From: an uncultured virus (IMG/VR IMGVR_UViG_3300045284_000309)
Lineage: Duplodnaviria; Heunggongvirae; Uroviricota; Caudoviricetes
IMG/VR virus record: IMGVR_UViG_3300045284_000309
Length of the DNA: 64,000 bases
Strand: one strand, 5' to 3'
Shown here: positions 9,576 to 20,400 of the stretch, piece after piece
Layout of the letters: each line of letters starts with the position of its first letter
How positions within the stretch are numbered: position 1 is the first letter of the stretch
Notes under the pieces: generated by a model
Databases searched by the model: none
Seen by the model: only the letters and a program-made list of their open reading frames with translations
What the model was told of the DNA's origin: nothing
Program-made: the position numbers and the translations under genes

Positions 9576-9858
9576 CATCCACCTTCACCCAGAGAGAAAT
9601 TCCCGGACTCGTCACAGCAACAGGAAGACTCTCGACGCGAGAGCCTACACCCGATTCGATATGGAGTCAAGGAAGAATCGGCTCTGCCGCCCCCCAGAGG
9701 CAAGTCCAGGAGGCGACAGGAGCCGGTCTGACGGCCTGAGAGTGCTCTAGGGGGGTCTGCGCAGCCCCCTGACTTCAGAAACGCTCTCAGAGCGTCCTAC
9801 GACCTCGCGCAACTGGAGGTGTCGCTGCAAGATCGCGGCGTGAGCCTAGCATGAAAAT

Positions 9859-10215
9859 TCATGTCGCACATCCGGGAGGTTCGTAGTTCAACCACGGGCC
9901 AAACCCAGCGTCTCTGAAATACGCATAAGCCGCCTTCGCCTGCGCCCAGACGTTGTTTCCGTGCCCGTAGGTAGCTCGCTCGTGCGATCCCATCTGGAAG
10001 ATCCCCAGATATTGGCCGTTTGCCGTCCAAGGGACGTATGTACCCCCGGTTTCGCACTTCACGATTTTCATTGCCATATCGCAGTCTTTGCCGAAGTAGT
10101 GGCAGACTGCTTGACGTGCTGATTGGTAATTCGATCTAGTTCTCTCTGCTTGTGCGGCCGAGCTACAGCTTCCAAAGACCGAGACGGCCGTCATTGTCAG
10201 TAGAGCAGATTTCAA
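9859..10215 (-). CDS. Secreted lysozyme-like / Rpf-like transglycosylase
   Basis: Signal-peptide-like N-terminus; CETGG...NGQYLGIFQM...AYAYF..GFGPW. Confidence 0.7.
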   Translation of the reverse strand: MKSALLTMTAVSVFGSCSSAAQAERTRSNYQSARQAVCHYFGKDCDMAMKIVKCETGGTYVPWTANGQYLGIFQMGSHERATYGHGNNVWAQAKAAYAYFRDAGFGPWLNYEPPGCAT

Positions 10216-10272
10216 GACGACTCCTTATGTCGATGACTAGACTCGGTGAAATTCCACCGCGTAGCTAGTTAT

Positions 10273-11043
10273 TTATCCTCGTACCTCCTTTTCTTGCTTG
10301 ATGTCAGTGATATGAGGGTACATCCTGGCGAGCGTATGAAGATCGAGAACCTGCGAACCCCAGTAATCGAGCGCTTCTATAGAGATCCATGCCTCGTCGC
10401 TGTAGTGATCAACGAATCTGTTGGAAACCTGGATGCGCTCCCCCCACAGAATAATTTCATACGATGTCCGGTTGTACGCCTTGCAGTATGCGAGCACACC
10501 GAGCGGGCCTGGTTTCCATTCCTCGCCGCTCTGCCCGTCGAAATCCCAGACGCGCTCCAATTTCTTCACGGCATCTGGAATCATGAGTCCGATATGGACG
10601 CCCCTGAAGACGTAAATGGCCGTCCTGAGAAACTCGTGCTCGTTCGGCTCGATCTCACCGTAGAGTGAAATCTTGTAATTCTTGCCCTTGACGTTCCAAC
10701 CGTCCTTGCTCCAGCTTTTCATCGCGTCGAGCACGGTGATGCCTGGTTCCTCTTTACCCCCTGTGCGAGCCTGTATCGCCCTGTACCGCATCGTCACATT
10801 CTCCGGGCGCATCTCTATCGTCCGCCTCTGATCGATCCTGCCGAAGCGCAGAAGCTGGTTGGCCATTGACGCGGTTACATCACAAGCTACGCGAATGCCG
10901 CCAGCTTGAATAGGAATTTCAGCGCGACCTTTGTCGAAATCAAACTTCGACGGTGCGCGGAACTGTGAATCCATGAAGCGTGAAAAAATGACCGTCTTCT
11001 CGTCAAAGACGTGAGGCTTCTTCCCGCAAAGGTAGTTCATCAT
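10273..11043 (-). CDS. Papain-like peptidase homologue, possibly inactive
   Basis: GKKP..D N-terminus, GITVLDAMKSW, AIYVF.GV.IG, ILWG, F...YSDEAW pattern; no His at the expected GGH position. Confidence 0.45.
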   Translation of the reverse strand: MMNYLCGKKPHVFDEKTVIFSRFMDSQFRAPSKFDFDKGRAEIPIQAGGIRVACDVTASMANQLLRFGRIDQRRTIEMRPENVTMRYRAIQARTGGKEEPGITVLDAMKSWSKDGWNVKGKNYKISLYGEIEPNEHEFLRTAIYVFRGVHIGLMIPDAVKKLERVWDFDGQSGEEWKPGPLGVLAYCKAYNRTSYEIILWGERIQVSNRFVDHYSDEAWISIEALDYWGSQVLDLHTLARMYPHITDIKQEKEVRG

Positions 11044-11108
11044 CTTCGGCTTTCCCAGATGATCACGACGAATAGAATGACCATGAGCGCAATTACAACC
11101 CAGGTCAA
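11040..11108 (-). CDS. 22-aa single-TM peptide (below ORF-track cutoff)
   Basis: MTWVVIALMVILFVVIIWESRR; overlaps the endolysin stop (TTGA) and the next start (ATGA). Confidence 0.6.
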   Translation of the reverse strand: MTWVVIALMVILFVVIIWESRR

Positions 11109-12031
11109 GGTTCTTCGACGCGAACGAAAACCGTCCCTTGGTCGGGAATCCGGCGGGTACGGCGCATCACTTCACCGCCGTTGCTGTCGTTTGAAATTCC
11201 TGTATTCCCTTCGACGGCCAAGAACGTGCTTCCCGATCCGCCAGCCCAGGACTCGAAAATTCCAACATGATCATATGTCCCGTCGAAATTCCAGTCATAG
11301 CAGACGAGATCACCCGCTACCGGGGTCGCTACTGAGCGCAGACCGTTGCGACCGTTGCGAGCGTCCTGGACGATGTACGGGACATAGGAGTAGCTACGCC
11401 CTCTGACGAAGCTCGGAGAGCCGCCCGCTTCGATTTCATAACAGTACGTCGCGAACATGGCGCACCACGGCTGTCCGTCAATGCCGTACCACTTGCCGAA
11501 TTTCGTCCCGTTTGATCCAGGCGGACTTTCCTTGACACCGAGGTACTTGATCGCACCATCGAGCGCCTTCTGCCGTGTCGTTTTCGTCGGCCGTGGGGGA
11601 GGCTCTGGCGTAGGCTCGCTCCCGTGGAACTGTTCCCAGGCCAATGAAATCAAATTCAGGGCATTGGCGTCCATGCAATACTCGCCCTTGTGCGGGCCAT
11701 CTGGCACCTTGATCGTGCGGAACGTGTTGAATGTCCCATCTCCGATCCAGCCAGTCGGGTCGATCCCCATTTGGCGCTGGACTCCAGCAACACCCGTCTC
11801 GCCTACGTTGCCGCTCTTGCCGTGTGAAAATCCGTTTGAAAACGCACGGTCGAATGCAGAAGCTGGCCCTTGCCATCTCTGTGCCCGCCAGACCGTCCGC
11901 TTATATGCCTCTACGTCCGGGCCATCCGCCGACGGCGTTTTTCCTTTTGCGTCAGGAGGATAGAGCGGACGCGGAAACCCTGGAACAGGAACTGGCTTGC
12001 CGGTCTTGTACGGTTCGTCATACCATGCCAT
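11105..12031 (-). CDS. Endolysin: peptidoglycan-binding-like N-domain + CHAP domain
   Basis: QPWCAMFA, GDLVCYDW, DHVGIFE, AVEGNT; VQRQMGIDPTGWIG binding-like motif; Pro-rich linker. Confidence 0.9.
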   Translation of the reverse strand: MAWYDEPYKTGKPVPVPGFPRPLYPPDAKGKTPSADGPDVEAYKRTVWRAQRWQGPASAFDRAFSNGFSHGKSGNVGETGVAGVQRQMGIDPTGWIGDGTFNTFRTIKVPDGPHKGEYCMDANALNLISLAWEQFHGSEPTPEPPPRPTKTTRQKALDGAIKYLGVKESPPGSNGTKFGKWYGIDGQPWCAMFATYCYEIEAGGSPSFVRGRSYSYVPYIVQDARNGRNGLRSVATPVAGDLVCYDWNFDGTYDHVGIFESWAGGSGSTFLAVEGNTGISNDSNGGEVMRRTRRIPDQGTVFVRVEEP

Positions 12032-12065
12032 GAAATTCTCCTTCCAGGGTTCCGCGTTGCTCGTT

Positions 12066-12293
12066 TTACACGACCGAGATCGTGCCAGTCTCCTCGCCAG
12101 ACTTCGAGCCGACGATGGTCACTTCGATATCGCCGGTGAAATTGGTGGGGAAATACAGATTGGCTGCGCCGTCGTTGTCCACGTTGCGCTTCTCCTCGTC
12201 CTCGACCTGCATCGAGGCATGCATTCCCTTGACGACTTCGGTGTCCCAGCCGACCACGACGACCTTGCGAGTGCTCTTGATTGCGACTGTCAT
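12066..12293 (-). CDS. Hypothetical protein
   Basis: AAGGAGG RBS before MTVAIK. Confidence 0.7.
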   Translation of the reverse strand: MTVAIKSTRKVVVVGWDTEVVKGMHASMQVEDEEKRNVDNDGAANLYFPTNFTGDIEVTIVGSKSGEETGTISVV

Positions 12294-12316
12294 TTTCTCC
12301 TCCTTGGTTGGATTTT

Positions 12317-13306
12317 TCAGACCCACTGATACTCAATATGCGACTCGTGAATATCAGTCCACTGTGGGTTACCGCCAGGCTCGTTACAAATTCGGAACCT
12401 CCCCACGATCTGGGCCGCTGCGGGCACACCTGAATTCCCGACGTTGAACCACGGACTGTAAACGTCGTAATCTCCACCCGCCAGGCCGGTGTCCCAGGCG
12501 TCTCCACGGTACTCGGTCGAACCGTCATGCGAGAAGTCCGCCTCAATCATCGGCGGCTTCCCATCGGCGGTGTAATTCATGTGGCCACGCCACTGCAACG
12601 TGCGGCCTTTGTTTACCCATGCTCCGTAATCGAACCATGCGCCCCACGGACTGGTTCCGAAATAGCCAAGCCCCGATGCCGTCGAGCCGCTGCAAACCAT
12701 GTTCGCGGAGTTGGGCGGATTTGTCGGCTGATTGTTCACGTTTGCACTGTTAGTTCCAGTCCCTGAATTTCCATGATTGTCCGTAGCAGTCGCCCCAAAT
12801 GAGTGCGCGGCATTGGACACGGCCATCGTGTCGTACGCAATTGCATGTGGCCCTGCGCCACCCTGCGCCCCTCCGTAATTTCCTCCATCGATCTTGAACT
12901 GCACGTTGACGGAGGAATCGTAAGACGTGACATTTGCCGTGATGTTGATAACGCCTGAAACTGTTGCACCCTGAGCAGGAATGGAGACGGTAACGACCGG
13001 AGAATTTACCATCGTGACGGCCTGATTCAGCGTCGTCTTGTTGCCCGCTCGATCTGAGACTACCGCTGTAATCGTATGGGCACCATTCAGGACGTTGCGA
13101 GTGTCGTAGCTGATCGAGTAGGGCGCTACCGTGTCAGGTGCGCCGATGTTCGCTCCATCGATCTGAAATTGAACACTCGCAATCTGATCGTTATCGCTCG
13201 CATTCACTGAAAGAGTGATCGTGCCCGAAACGTTTCCAGCGGCCGGATTGGTGAAGTTGGCGACAGGTGCGACGGAATCGCCGCAGAGGATTCCGGTTGG
13301 GATCAT
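12317..13306 (-). CDS. Ig-like domain minor tail protein
   Basis: Two bacterial Ig-like repeats (VSGTITLSVNASDN..VQFQIDG..NGAHTITA..D.AGN). Confidence 0.85.
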   Translation of the reverse strand: MIPTGILCGDSVAPVANFTNPAAGNVSGTITLSVNASDNDQIASVQFQIDGANIGAPDTVAPYSISYDTRNVLNGAHTITAVVSDRAGNKTTLNQAVTMVNSPVVTVSIPAQGATVSGVINITANVTSYDSSVNVQFKIDGGNYGGAQGGAGPHAIAYDTMAVSNAAHSFGATATDNHGNSGTGTNSANVNNQPTNPPNSANMVCSGSTASGLGYFGTSPWGAWFDYGAWVNKGRTLQWRGHMNYTADGKPPMIEADFSHDGSTEYRGDAWDTGLAGGDYDVYSPWFNVGNSGVPAAAQIVGRFRICNEPGGNPQWTDIHESHIEYQWV

Positions 13307-14127
13307 GGCACGATATTTCCCGCGACGTACCACTCGTCCGTGCCGCGCTTGATGACGGAGGCAATCGCATACTGACCGGCCAATTTCAAAGCATTGTTGT
13401 ACGCCCTGAGCGTGACCCCCGCGCCGGGTGCGATGTTCGTCTGCCCAGTGCCCAACTGCGAGATTTCAACGCTTGACCCGATGGGAAATGCAACCGCGCT
13501 GTTCGGCGGAACGGTGACCGTGTTTGCACTACCGACGTTCATCTCGACCACGGCATTTCCATCCGTGAGCGCGAGTGTGTAGCTCGCCGCACGACCGTTG
13601 AATGCCAGAAGCGAGTACGACCAGGAGCCGTCTCCGTTCAACTGCTTGCGAACGTCGTTCGGATAGCCCGCGAGCTTGCTCGATGAAATCGGCCCGGTAA
13701 GATCTGCGTCTGAAATCGAAGTTCCGTTGGCCGGTGCGTATCCCATCGACTGCCACTGCCGTACAGCGTCCGTGCCCTTATTGAATTCGTACTGATTCGT
13801 CGTCGTATTCAAGATGATCAAACCGTACGGTGCCAGGCCGGTCGGAATTGCATTTCTCTGTGCCGTCGTGAAAGCTCCAGCAATGATTCCACCAAGCCCT
13901 CTGAGGGTCTGATCGACCCTGAGTGCGCCTGAAAGCCGTGCCTCTCCAGGCCCGTAACGCAGAAGCTGAAGCGTTGACTCTCCAATTCCGAAGACAGCCG
14001 CGTCTACCTCTTGGCTGAAATTTGACTGATCCGCGTACTTGTCCTGAATCCCATTCAGGTCACCCGCGTAGAGCCGACCGTTGGGAGCCAGTCCTGTGCT
14101 CTCAAAAACCTTTATGCGTGTTCCCAT
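13303..14127 (-). CDS. Tail fibre / baseplate-associated protein
   Basis: TTAQRNAI..GLIILNTT and SYTLALTD..VTVPPNSAVAFPIG..DEWYVAG fibre motifs; follows the baseplate genes. Confidence 0.75.
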   Translation of the reverse strand: MGTRIKVFESTGLAPNGRLYAGDLNGIQDKYADQSNFSQEVDAAVFGIGESTLQLLRYGPGEARLSGALRVDQTLRGLGGIIAGAFTTAQRNAIPTGLAPYGLIILNTTTNQYEFNKGTDAVRQWQSMGYAPANGTSISDADLTGPISSSKLAGYPNDVRKQLNGDGSWSYSLLAFNGRAASYTLALTDGNAVVEMNVGSANTVTVPPNSAVAFPIGSSVEISQLGTGQTNIAPGAGVTLRAYNNALKLAGQYAIASVIKRGTDEWYVAGNIVP

Positions 14128-14135
14128 CGATCCTC

Positions 14136-14771
14136 CTACGGATGGACATTCGTGATCGTGAACGAGATTCCTGCGGGTGTAATTCTTTTCAACTCTGCCG
14201 TCAGCGCGACCAGATCCGGCGTGTTCGTGGAAGCAATCCAGACCAAGTAGCTGAAACCAGGAATGTTTTCAACGATCAAGTAGAGCGTCGAGACATCTCC
14301 CGATTCACCATAGATCGGAACACCGCCAGATACCATTGCAACGCCTGCCGGAACCAACTGAATTGGATTTCCGAACGTCGTCCTCACGTAGCGCTCGACA
14401 ATGTTCTTGCGCCGTGTGCGTGTAAATGGCCCGTGTTGCAGGCGAGCGAGTACGTTTGCACGGCGGTCTGAAATCGACTGATCTGCCGGATTTGGTGGAA
14501 GCCCTACCTCGATCTCCCACTGATCGAGAAACTGTGTCGAAGTTTCCACGAATTTCTCGTTGTAGAGCGTGTTCTGCCAGTCGCTTATGTTCTGCGCAAG
14601 GTCGCAGAAAATCTTCCGGATGATGAAGCCGAAGTTGGAGTTTTGGTTTTCAGGAAAAAGTCCCGCAGGACTCTCATCCATGAAAATGAATTCAGCCTCG
14701 GTGAACTGTACCTCGGCAGGAAGAACCGGCTGGTGCGGCGTCTGAATTACGGTGGAGTCAGTTGTGCTCAT
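14136..14771 (-). CDS. Baseplate wedge protein (P2 gpI / YmfQ-like)
   Basis: LDQWEIEVGL..RRANVLARL..ITPAG; follows baseplate J. Confidence 0.85.
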   Translation of the reverse strand: MSTTDSTVIQTPHQPVLPAEVQFTEAEFIFMDESPAGLFPENQNSNFGFIIRKIFCDLAQNISDWQNTLYNEKFVETSTQFLDQWEIEVGLPPNPADQSISDRRANVLARLQHGPFTRTRRKNIVERYVRTTFGNPIQLVPAGVAMVSGGVPIYGESGDVSTLYLIVENIPGFSYLVWIASTNTPDLVALTAELKRITPAGISFTITNVHP

Positions 14772-16177
14772 GAGACAGTGATGGTTCCTGGAATCCTCTT
14801 GCTACCGGCAGGAGTGGTTTGATTGGCGCTAGGAGTCGTGACGACAACATCGGCAATTCCAGAAAGGCCGAAGACAGCATCGACAATTCCAGCTACGCGC
14901 AATGTCTCTCCCGCACCAAGCCCGGTGATGTAATTCGAGATTGCCGTCTGAACGGAAGAAGTGACTGCCGCGAGTGTAATTCCGGTCTGGAGAGTCGTCG
15001 TGACTGCGACATTCGTAGCGAGAGCCGTGAACGAACTGACGACAATCGTCATGTTCGCATAATCCTGATCGTCCAATACGGTTTGTACCGCAGCAACGGT
15101 GTCAGGAGGAGCCACCGATCCGTTTGGCCCTGTAATTCTCACCGTGACCGTTCCGTTTGTCGGCGTGTTTTCAAAGACGGTTGCCGTCTCCACGCCAGGA
15201 ACGCTCAAGGCCCATGCCTCGATATCACTGACACTGCCAGTCTGAGGATTCTGAATGAAATCGAGAAGCCGCCTTCTGTAATCCTCAGGATCTTCCGGAT
15301 CAGACCCTCCAGTGAAAGCCGTGATGTTCGTGACATCGGAGAGCGTTGCTGGCCCATCCGAGATCACTGTAATTGCGCCCGTCGTGACATTGCCATCGAC
15401 ACCCGGATCTACCGCCACGCCCTGAGCGGGAACACGATGCGCCGTGTCTGTCAGCGGAAGCGTCTGCGCCGTCGCGAGAGATGCGTCAGCGATGTTGTCC
15501 GTGTAAAGCGCCGTCGTGTTTTCAGGGAATTCCATCACCAGACGATAATTTCCTTGAGCATTGACATCACGGTAGAGCCGTCTGCCGTTCGTGCCAGGCC
15601 CGCCGATTGGAATTGTCGTGAGGTTCACTTGCCCAGCATTTACGACGACGATCTGAGAGGGATCGGACGGAAGCGTCTCACCCTGTGCAGTGAGAAACGT
15701 GACGACGTATTCGTACGCTCCAGTCAAATTTCCAGCACTGCCCTGAACTGCGACATTTGGCGGCTGCGGATCGCCAGGGGCCGGGATCGTGACATCTACT
15801 GTCGTCTCGAAAGGAATCGGGTCAATTCCATTTCCTGGATCGTAGGAGACGAGTGTCCCTTGTGGAACGAATGTCGCGTCCTCTCCTGAAAACATGAGCG
15901 TCCCGATTGCTCGCGTTCCGACTTTCATCGGAAGCCCGTACTGATCGCCGTGACGAATTAGCGCCTGAGAGCTTGCCGTCGAGACGAACATATCCTCAAG
16001 CAGAAGCTGGAGCGCTAGATACAGGCTCTCAAACTGCCCCGACTCGATATCGAAGACGATCCGAATTACACCATCCTCGCCCGTGTAAACGTCCGGAATC
16101 GCTCCCACGAGTTGGGAGAGCATGCTGGCAAGGATGTCCTCACGGCTGCGGTAAATGCTCAGCATTGAAATTGGCAT
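14768..16177 (-). CDS. Baseplate J-like protein
   Basis: VPQGT..G.DGN..GGSDPED..YRRR..WALSVPGV..GTVTV. Confidence 0.93.
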   Translation of the reverse strand: MPISMLSIYRSREDILASMLSQLVGAIPDVYTGEDGVIRIVFDIESGQFESLYLALQLLLEDMFVSTASSQALIRHGDQYGLPMKVGTRAIGTLMFSGEDATFVPQGTLVSYDPGNGIDPIPFETTVDVTIPAPGDPQPPNVAVQGSAGNLTGAYEYVVTFLTAQGETLPSDPSQIVVVNAGQVNLTTIPIGGPGTNGRRLYRDVNAQGNYRLVMEFPENTTALYTDNIADASLATAQTLPLTDTAHRVPAQGVAVDPGVDGNVTTGAITVISDGPATLSDVTNITAFTGGSDPEDPEDYRRRLLDFIQNPQTGSVSDIEAWALSVPGVETATVFENTPTNGTVTVRITGPNGSVAPPDTVAAVQTVLDDQDYANMTIVVSSFTALATNVAVTTTLQTGITLAAVTSSVQTAISNYITGLGAGETLRVAGIVDAVFGLSGIADVVVTTPSANQTTPAGSKRIPGTITVS

Positions 16178-16178
16178 G

Positions 16179-16592
16179 CTATACCTCTCCGATCACGTAC
16201 GGAATGGTCACGGTCGTTGACTGAGTTGCGTTGGGCAAATTTACATCCGCTTCGCCAACTTCGGGGTTCTGTGAATATTGCACCTGGACTACAAGAGATT
16301 TCAAGTCTTCGCGGTACTCGGTGATGACTTCTTCGATGGTAATTTCAGTCATCGGCCTCAGAGCCTCGCGCACATACGAGTCGATTTCAAGCGCACTTTG
16401 CGGAGCCTGGCCCAGGACGCGATACAGGAAGCTGCCGAGCGTCCCGTCTGTGTCGAAGAACCACGTACCTCGATGGATCGTGAGTCGAACGACAATCCGC
16501 TGGTTGATCAGATCGATTCCCGAGACACCGGCAAGATCCCGGTTCCCGGCCACGATCAAATCACCATGCTCTGAAATCGCGAGATCGTACAT
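16179..16592 (-). CDS. Baseplate gp25/GP46-like protein
   Basis: DLA...GDL..V.G...QRI..RL....G.W......GS.L. Confidence 0.8.
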   Translation of the reverse strand: MYDLAISEHGDLIVAGNRDLAGVSGIDLINQRIVVRLTIHRGTWFFDTDGTLGSFLYRVLGQAPQSALEIDSYVREALRPMTEITIEEVITEYREDLKSLVVQVQYSQNPEVGEADVNLPNATQSTTVTIPYVIGEV

Positions 16593-16955
16593 CTAATCCT
16601 CCGTCGTAATCCACTTTTTGCCTTGCATCACGCCAAGGCATCGGGGGAGACGTGAAATTCCTGACTCGTACGCAACGAACACGGTCTGCCCGACCTTTGG
16701 CACGACCGGCGTTACCTTCGCCTTTCTCACGATCACATTTCCATCGGAGTCGGTGTCATAGTATTTCACTTCGTAGTCGAAGGCCACGACTGGAATGGGG
16801 TCATTTGAATACCCCTTGAGCCAGATGAGGCGGTTGACTTCATCGCGCTTAGCTACAGTTCCCGTCTCGAAGAATTCAGAGCGGCGTCCTGAAATCCTAG
16901 CACAAACTTTCTCGCAAGCAGTGCGGATCGAATTCCATTCCTGCTCTGAAATCAT
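16593..16955 (-). CDS. Baseplate spike (gpV/gp45-like OB fold)
   Basis: PKVGQTVFVAYESG..PRCLG; position between hub and gp25. Confidence 0.65.
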   Translation of the reverse strand: MISEQEWNSIRTACEKVCARISGRRSEFFETGTVAKRDEVNRLIWLKGYSNDPIPVVAFDYEVKYYDTDSDGNVIVRKAKVTPVVPKVGQTVFVAYESGISRLPRCLGVMQGKKWITTED

Positions 16956-17479
16956 TAGAAGTCATACCTCCGTGCTCCAAAGAGAGGCTTATTGTATTTT
17001 GCCTCATCTTGGAAGTTTATTACTAGTGGGCCTTCGTCGGATCCCATCGAAACCACCATACCGTCACTGATGTAAATGACGACATGCTCAGAATTTCCTC
17101 CATGTAACGGGCCGTCGTAGGCATAAAAAATGAGATCTCCGGGCTGCAATGCACTCTCTTTTACATTTGCATCTCCGATGATCGTGCCGTGCGACCAGAG
17201 GATACCCGTATGAGTCTCTCCGTCAAATGACCGCCCGTTTGGATCCGGGCACCCCGCAATGTCATAGCAATAAGTTACATATGCGGAGCAGTCCATTGAC
17301 GAGGGAATTATAGGAGGAGGTTTACACTCACTCAGATAATCGCGCCCGCGCACACTGGAATATGTAATTTGGTCTTTATGGTAGTAGCCCCAGAGCGCAG
17401 CACAGATCACCTTGTATTGCCGCTGTTCACTCGGCGAGAGTCCAGCCAGAGAAGTCGTATTGATCGTCTGGAGAGTCAT
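16955..17479 (-). CDS. NlpC/P60 peptidase
   Basis: MDCSAYV, LQPGDLIFY, HVVIYI. Confidence 0.92.
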   Translation of the reverse strand: MTLQTINTTSLAGLSPSEQRQYKVICAALWGYYHKDQITYSSVRGRDYLSECKPPPIIPSSMDCSAYVTYCYDIAGCPDPNGRSFDGETHTGILWSHGTIIGDANVKESALQPGDLIFYAYDGPLHGGNSEHVVIYISDGMVVSMGSDEGPLVINFQDEAKYNKPLFGARRYDF

Positions 17480-20400
17480 AGGCTGTTATATGCGTCGTTT
17501 ACCAATTGCATGTATTGCGCCCAGGGGAAATTTGATCCAGGATCAACATGGCCACCAGGCGTAGAGAACGCAGTCGTGAAATCTCCATGTCCTGCAAATC
17601 CGCTTTGTCCTCCTGCAAGTCCTCCAGGCGTAACATGAACACACGGAATTCCCCACTCTTTTGCCTTTTTTGCAGTCAGCTTGGCAGACATTTTCAACAT
17701 TGCGGTTGAAAATTCGTCTTGCCAGTCGGCAAGTGTTTGCGAGGCATATCCAGCATGCTCGAAATGGAGAGTCTGTTGGTCGATCTTGCCACCGACCGCA
17801 GCGGATCCATCTGTACCGTCTCCCAAAACACCGTAGGCCATATCTATGTCCTTGACGCATTGAACAATGTTTTCATTATCAAGGCAGTAATGCGCAGAAG
17901 CGGGGCCATCAGTTCTTCCACCCGCGAACATATTTGCAACGTTCTGCGCAGTCTCGTTGGATTCAGGGGCCTCCATATCATGAATTACAATCCACTTGAT
18001 ATCCATGGTACGGCCCTCTTTGTAATACTTTGCCTGGAGGAATGGGATCGTTGGAAGCGGAGCAGCAGGCGAAGGATCTGTAGGTGCATTTCTCCCAATC
18101 CACGAGCCGCTCGTAAACGCTGCCAGACAATCGGCCTCGCTCGGCCAATTCCCATGCAAGAGAGAACTGCTTGTCGTTCCACTCGTATTTCCATCTGCCG
18201 CCGAATTGCTGTTTGTGCGAATTGCTGAAATCGCAGCCTGGGCGAGCTTCAAGAAGCCGGGAGAGATCATCACGGCCCGTCTCAGCTTGTTCGAGAAAAT
18301 TTCACCTGTGGCATTTCCGAAATTGCCGTCATACCGCGCTCCTGCCTCCCACATCGCGCTTTTCTGATCTCCGTCTGTAGGATCGCGTCCTCCAGCGTCG
18401 AGCGCGGCTGCAAATGCCTCTCCACCGATCCAGATATTCGACTCAGGATCCCAGCGTCCGCCCGAGTATTCATCGTGGGACGCTGAAGCTTTTGGCGCAG
18501 CATCCGGAGTGCTCTTGTACGTGACATCGTTCGGATTTCCACCAAGGTCTTGCAGGAATTTCGTTACGTTTCTTGTCCAGTTGTTATTCAAACCATCGGG
18601 ATCATTGGCCGCGCCACTAGGTGCCCAATGAATCTGAATTTGAGCAACAGTCGTTAGACCGCCGCCAATGTAAGTAGGGCCACCGAGGTTCGCTGCTGTT
18701 GCCTCGATTCCTTCCGGCCACGAAGAATATGGAATGTTATTGCTGTGATCATCGAACATTCCCCAGGCGTTATGAACCGCTATTCCTGCGGCAGCGTTTG
18801 GATCGGTAGCAAAGCTTGTCTCCGCTCCTGAAATTGCAACGATCAACCTTGGATCGACGTTATGCTTTTTTCCAGAGGCGACATGCTCATTTCCAAACCC
18901 CGACAGAGGAGAGTTGCTTTTCGATTTCAGGTAGGAGTCAATTTTCGTAGCTGTGATCGAGGTAGTGGTTACCCCTCCTGAAACCATGCGGTCGTCAGCC
19001 TCGTTCTTGAGCTTCCGGTTGACCAATTGCATCGGCCCAACACCAAGCTCTCTGTGAGCTATGTCGTATGATTCAACGGTGTCGATTTGATTTGCAAACG
19101 TATCTTCATATTCTGGAACAGGCGTACCCGGTGCAGGCGGCTGACCGCGATAGAGACTCGACTCCCTTGGATCTACGGTACTTTCCCTCGCATGCCACTC
19201 AGTGCCGTCGTGATGGCCGGTATTTTCACGGATGTTTGTAATTCGAGTATCCACCCATGAGATCCCGAGCAGGCAGGCGAGGAACAGATCGCCGTCCCAT
19301 TTTCCGTGAAAATTCATCGCGGCCTTGTAGAAGAAATCCGCCCAATCACCATGATTGCCAGTTGGAATCAGCCCCGCGAGGAGATCGTTGACTTCTTGCT
19401 CTGTAAGCGCACTTGTAGCCCCATCCTTTGGAAGTGACTTGGGCACTGGAATTACAGGCTCATGCGGAACCCGGCGCGACAAAGCAATCAGCTTCTCGCG
19501 CAGCCGAATTTCCTGAACATACCCAGACAAATCCGCCTGCATCCTCCAGCCGACAACGAAGAATTCTCCACCATAGCCAATTTCAGGAATCCGTACTCTA
19601 GCGATCTTGTTCGTCTGGAAAATGTGCGTGGGATCTGAAACGGTCAGCCTGATTTCAAGACTCCCGACCTTGCCCTCGAAAATCTCCTCCCAGGCTGATT
19701 TACGCCCTCCAGCGTCATCGTGTGAAGTCGTGTCCTGAATGATCTTGAACGGCCTTTTTAGCCAGCCGTCCATCGTCGGATCAGTCACACCTTTTACCCA
19801 GAAGGTCTTCTTGCCGTCCTTGACCATGACCCAGACAGAACCGAGACGGCCCTGAGTTGACTTGCGAATTTCAACCGCTTCGACAGGGATGTGCATTGAC
19901 TGGACAAGCCGCGTATCCGTCTGCATCGGTGTTCCGAAGTAGTATGAAATGTGTTGATCGTAATTCAGCTTATTTCCGATCAACGCACCGTTCGGCCCGA
20001 CCCAGAGCCACATCTTTTCATTGCGGTAGAGCCTGTACCAGAATTCCCAGAATGTCTCTGAGCCGTCCGTCTTGATCGTCTTTTTCACTTGACCAGTCTT
20101 GGCCAGTGAAATATTCGTAAACCCGAGCTTGCGAGCCTGATTTGCGACAACGTATCCCGCCTTGACACTCTTGAAGCGCACAGGAGGGCATGTGGAGTCG
20201 AGCGCGAGAGATGAGTAGTCGCGGCCGGTGACAACCATCAAGCCCGTCTGATCAAATACAATATCGTCTGAAATTCCAGTGAAGATGTGCCCAGCCGCGC
20301 CCGGTGCCGAAGTGACTAACTCGATACGAACCTCGTGATTACGTTCAAGCATCGCGAGGAATTCGCCGGTAGAATCGCCAATTTCAACCTGCCAGTTATC

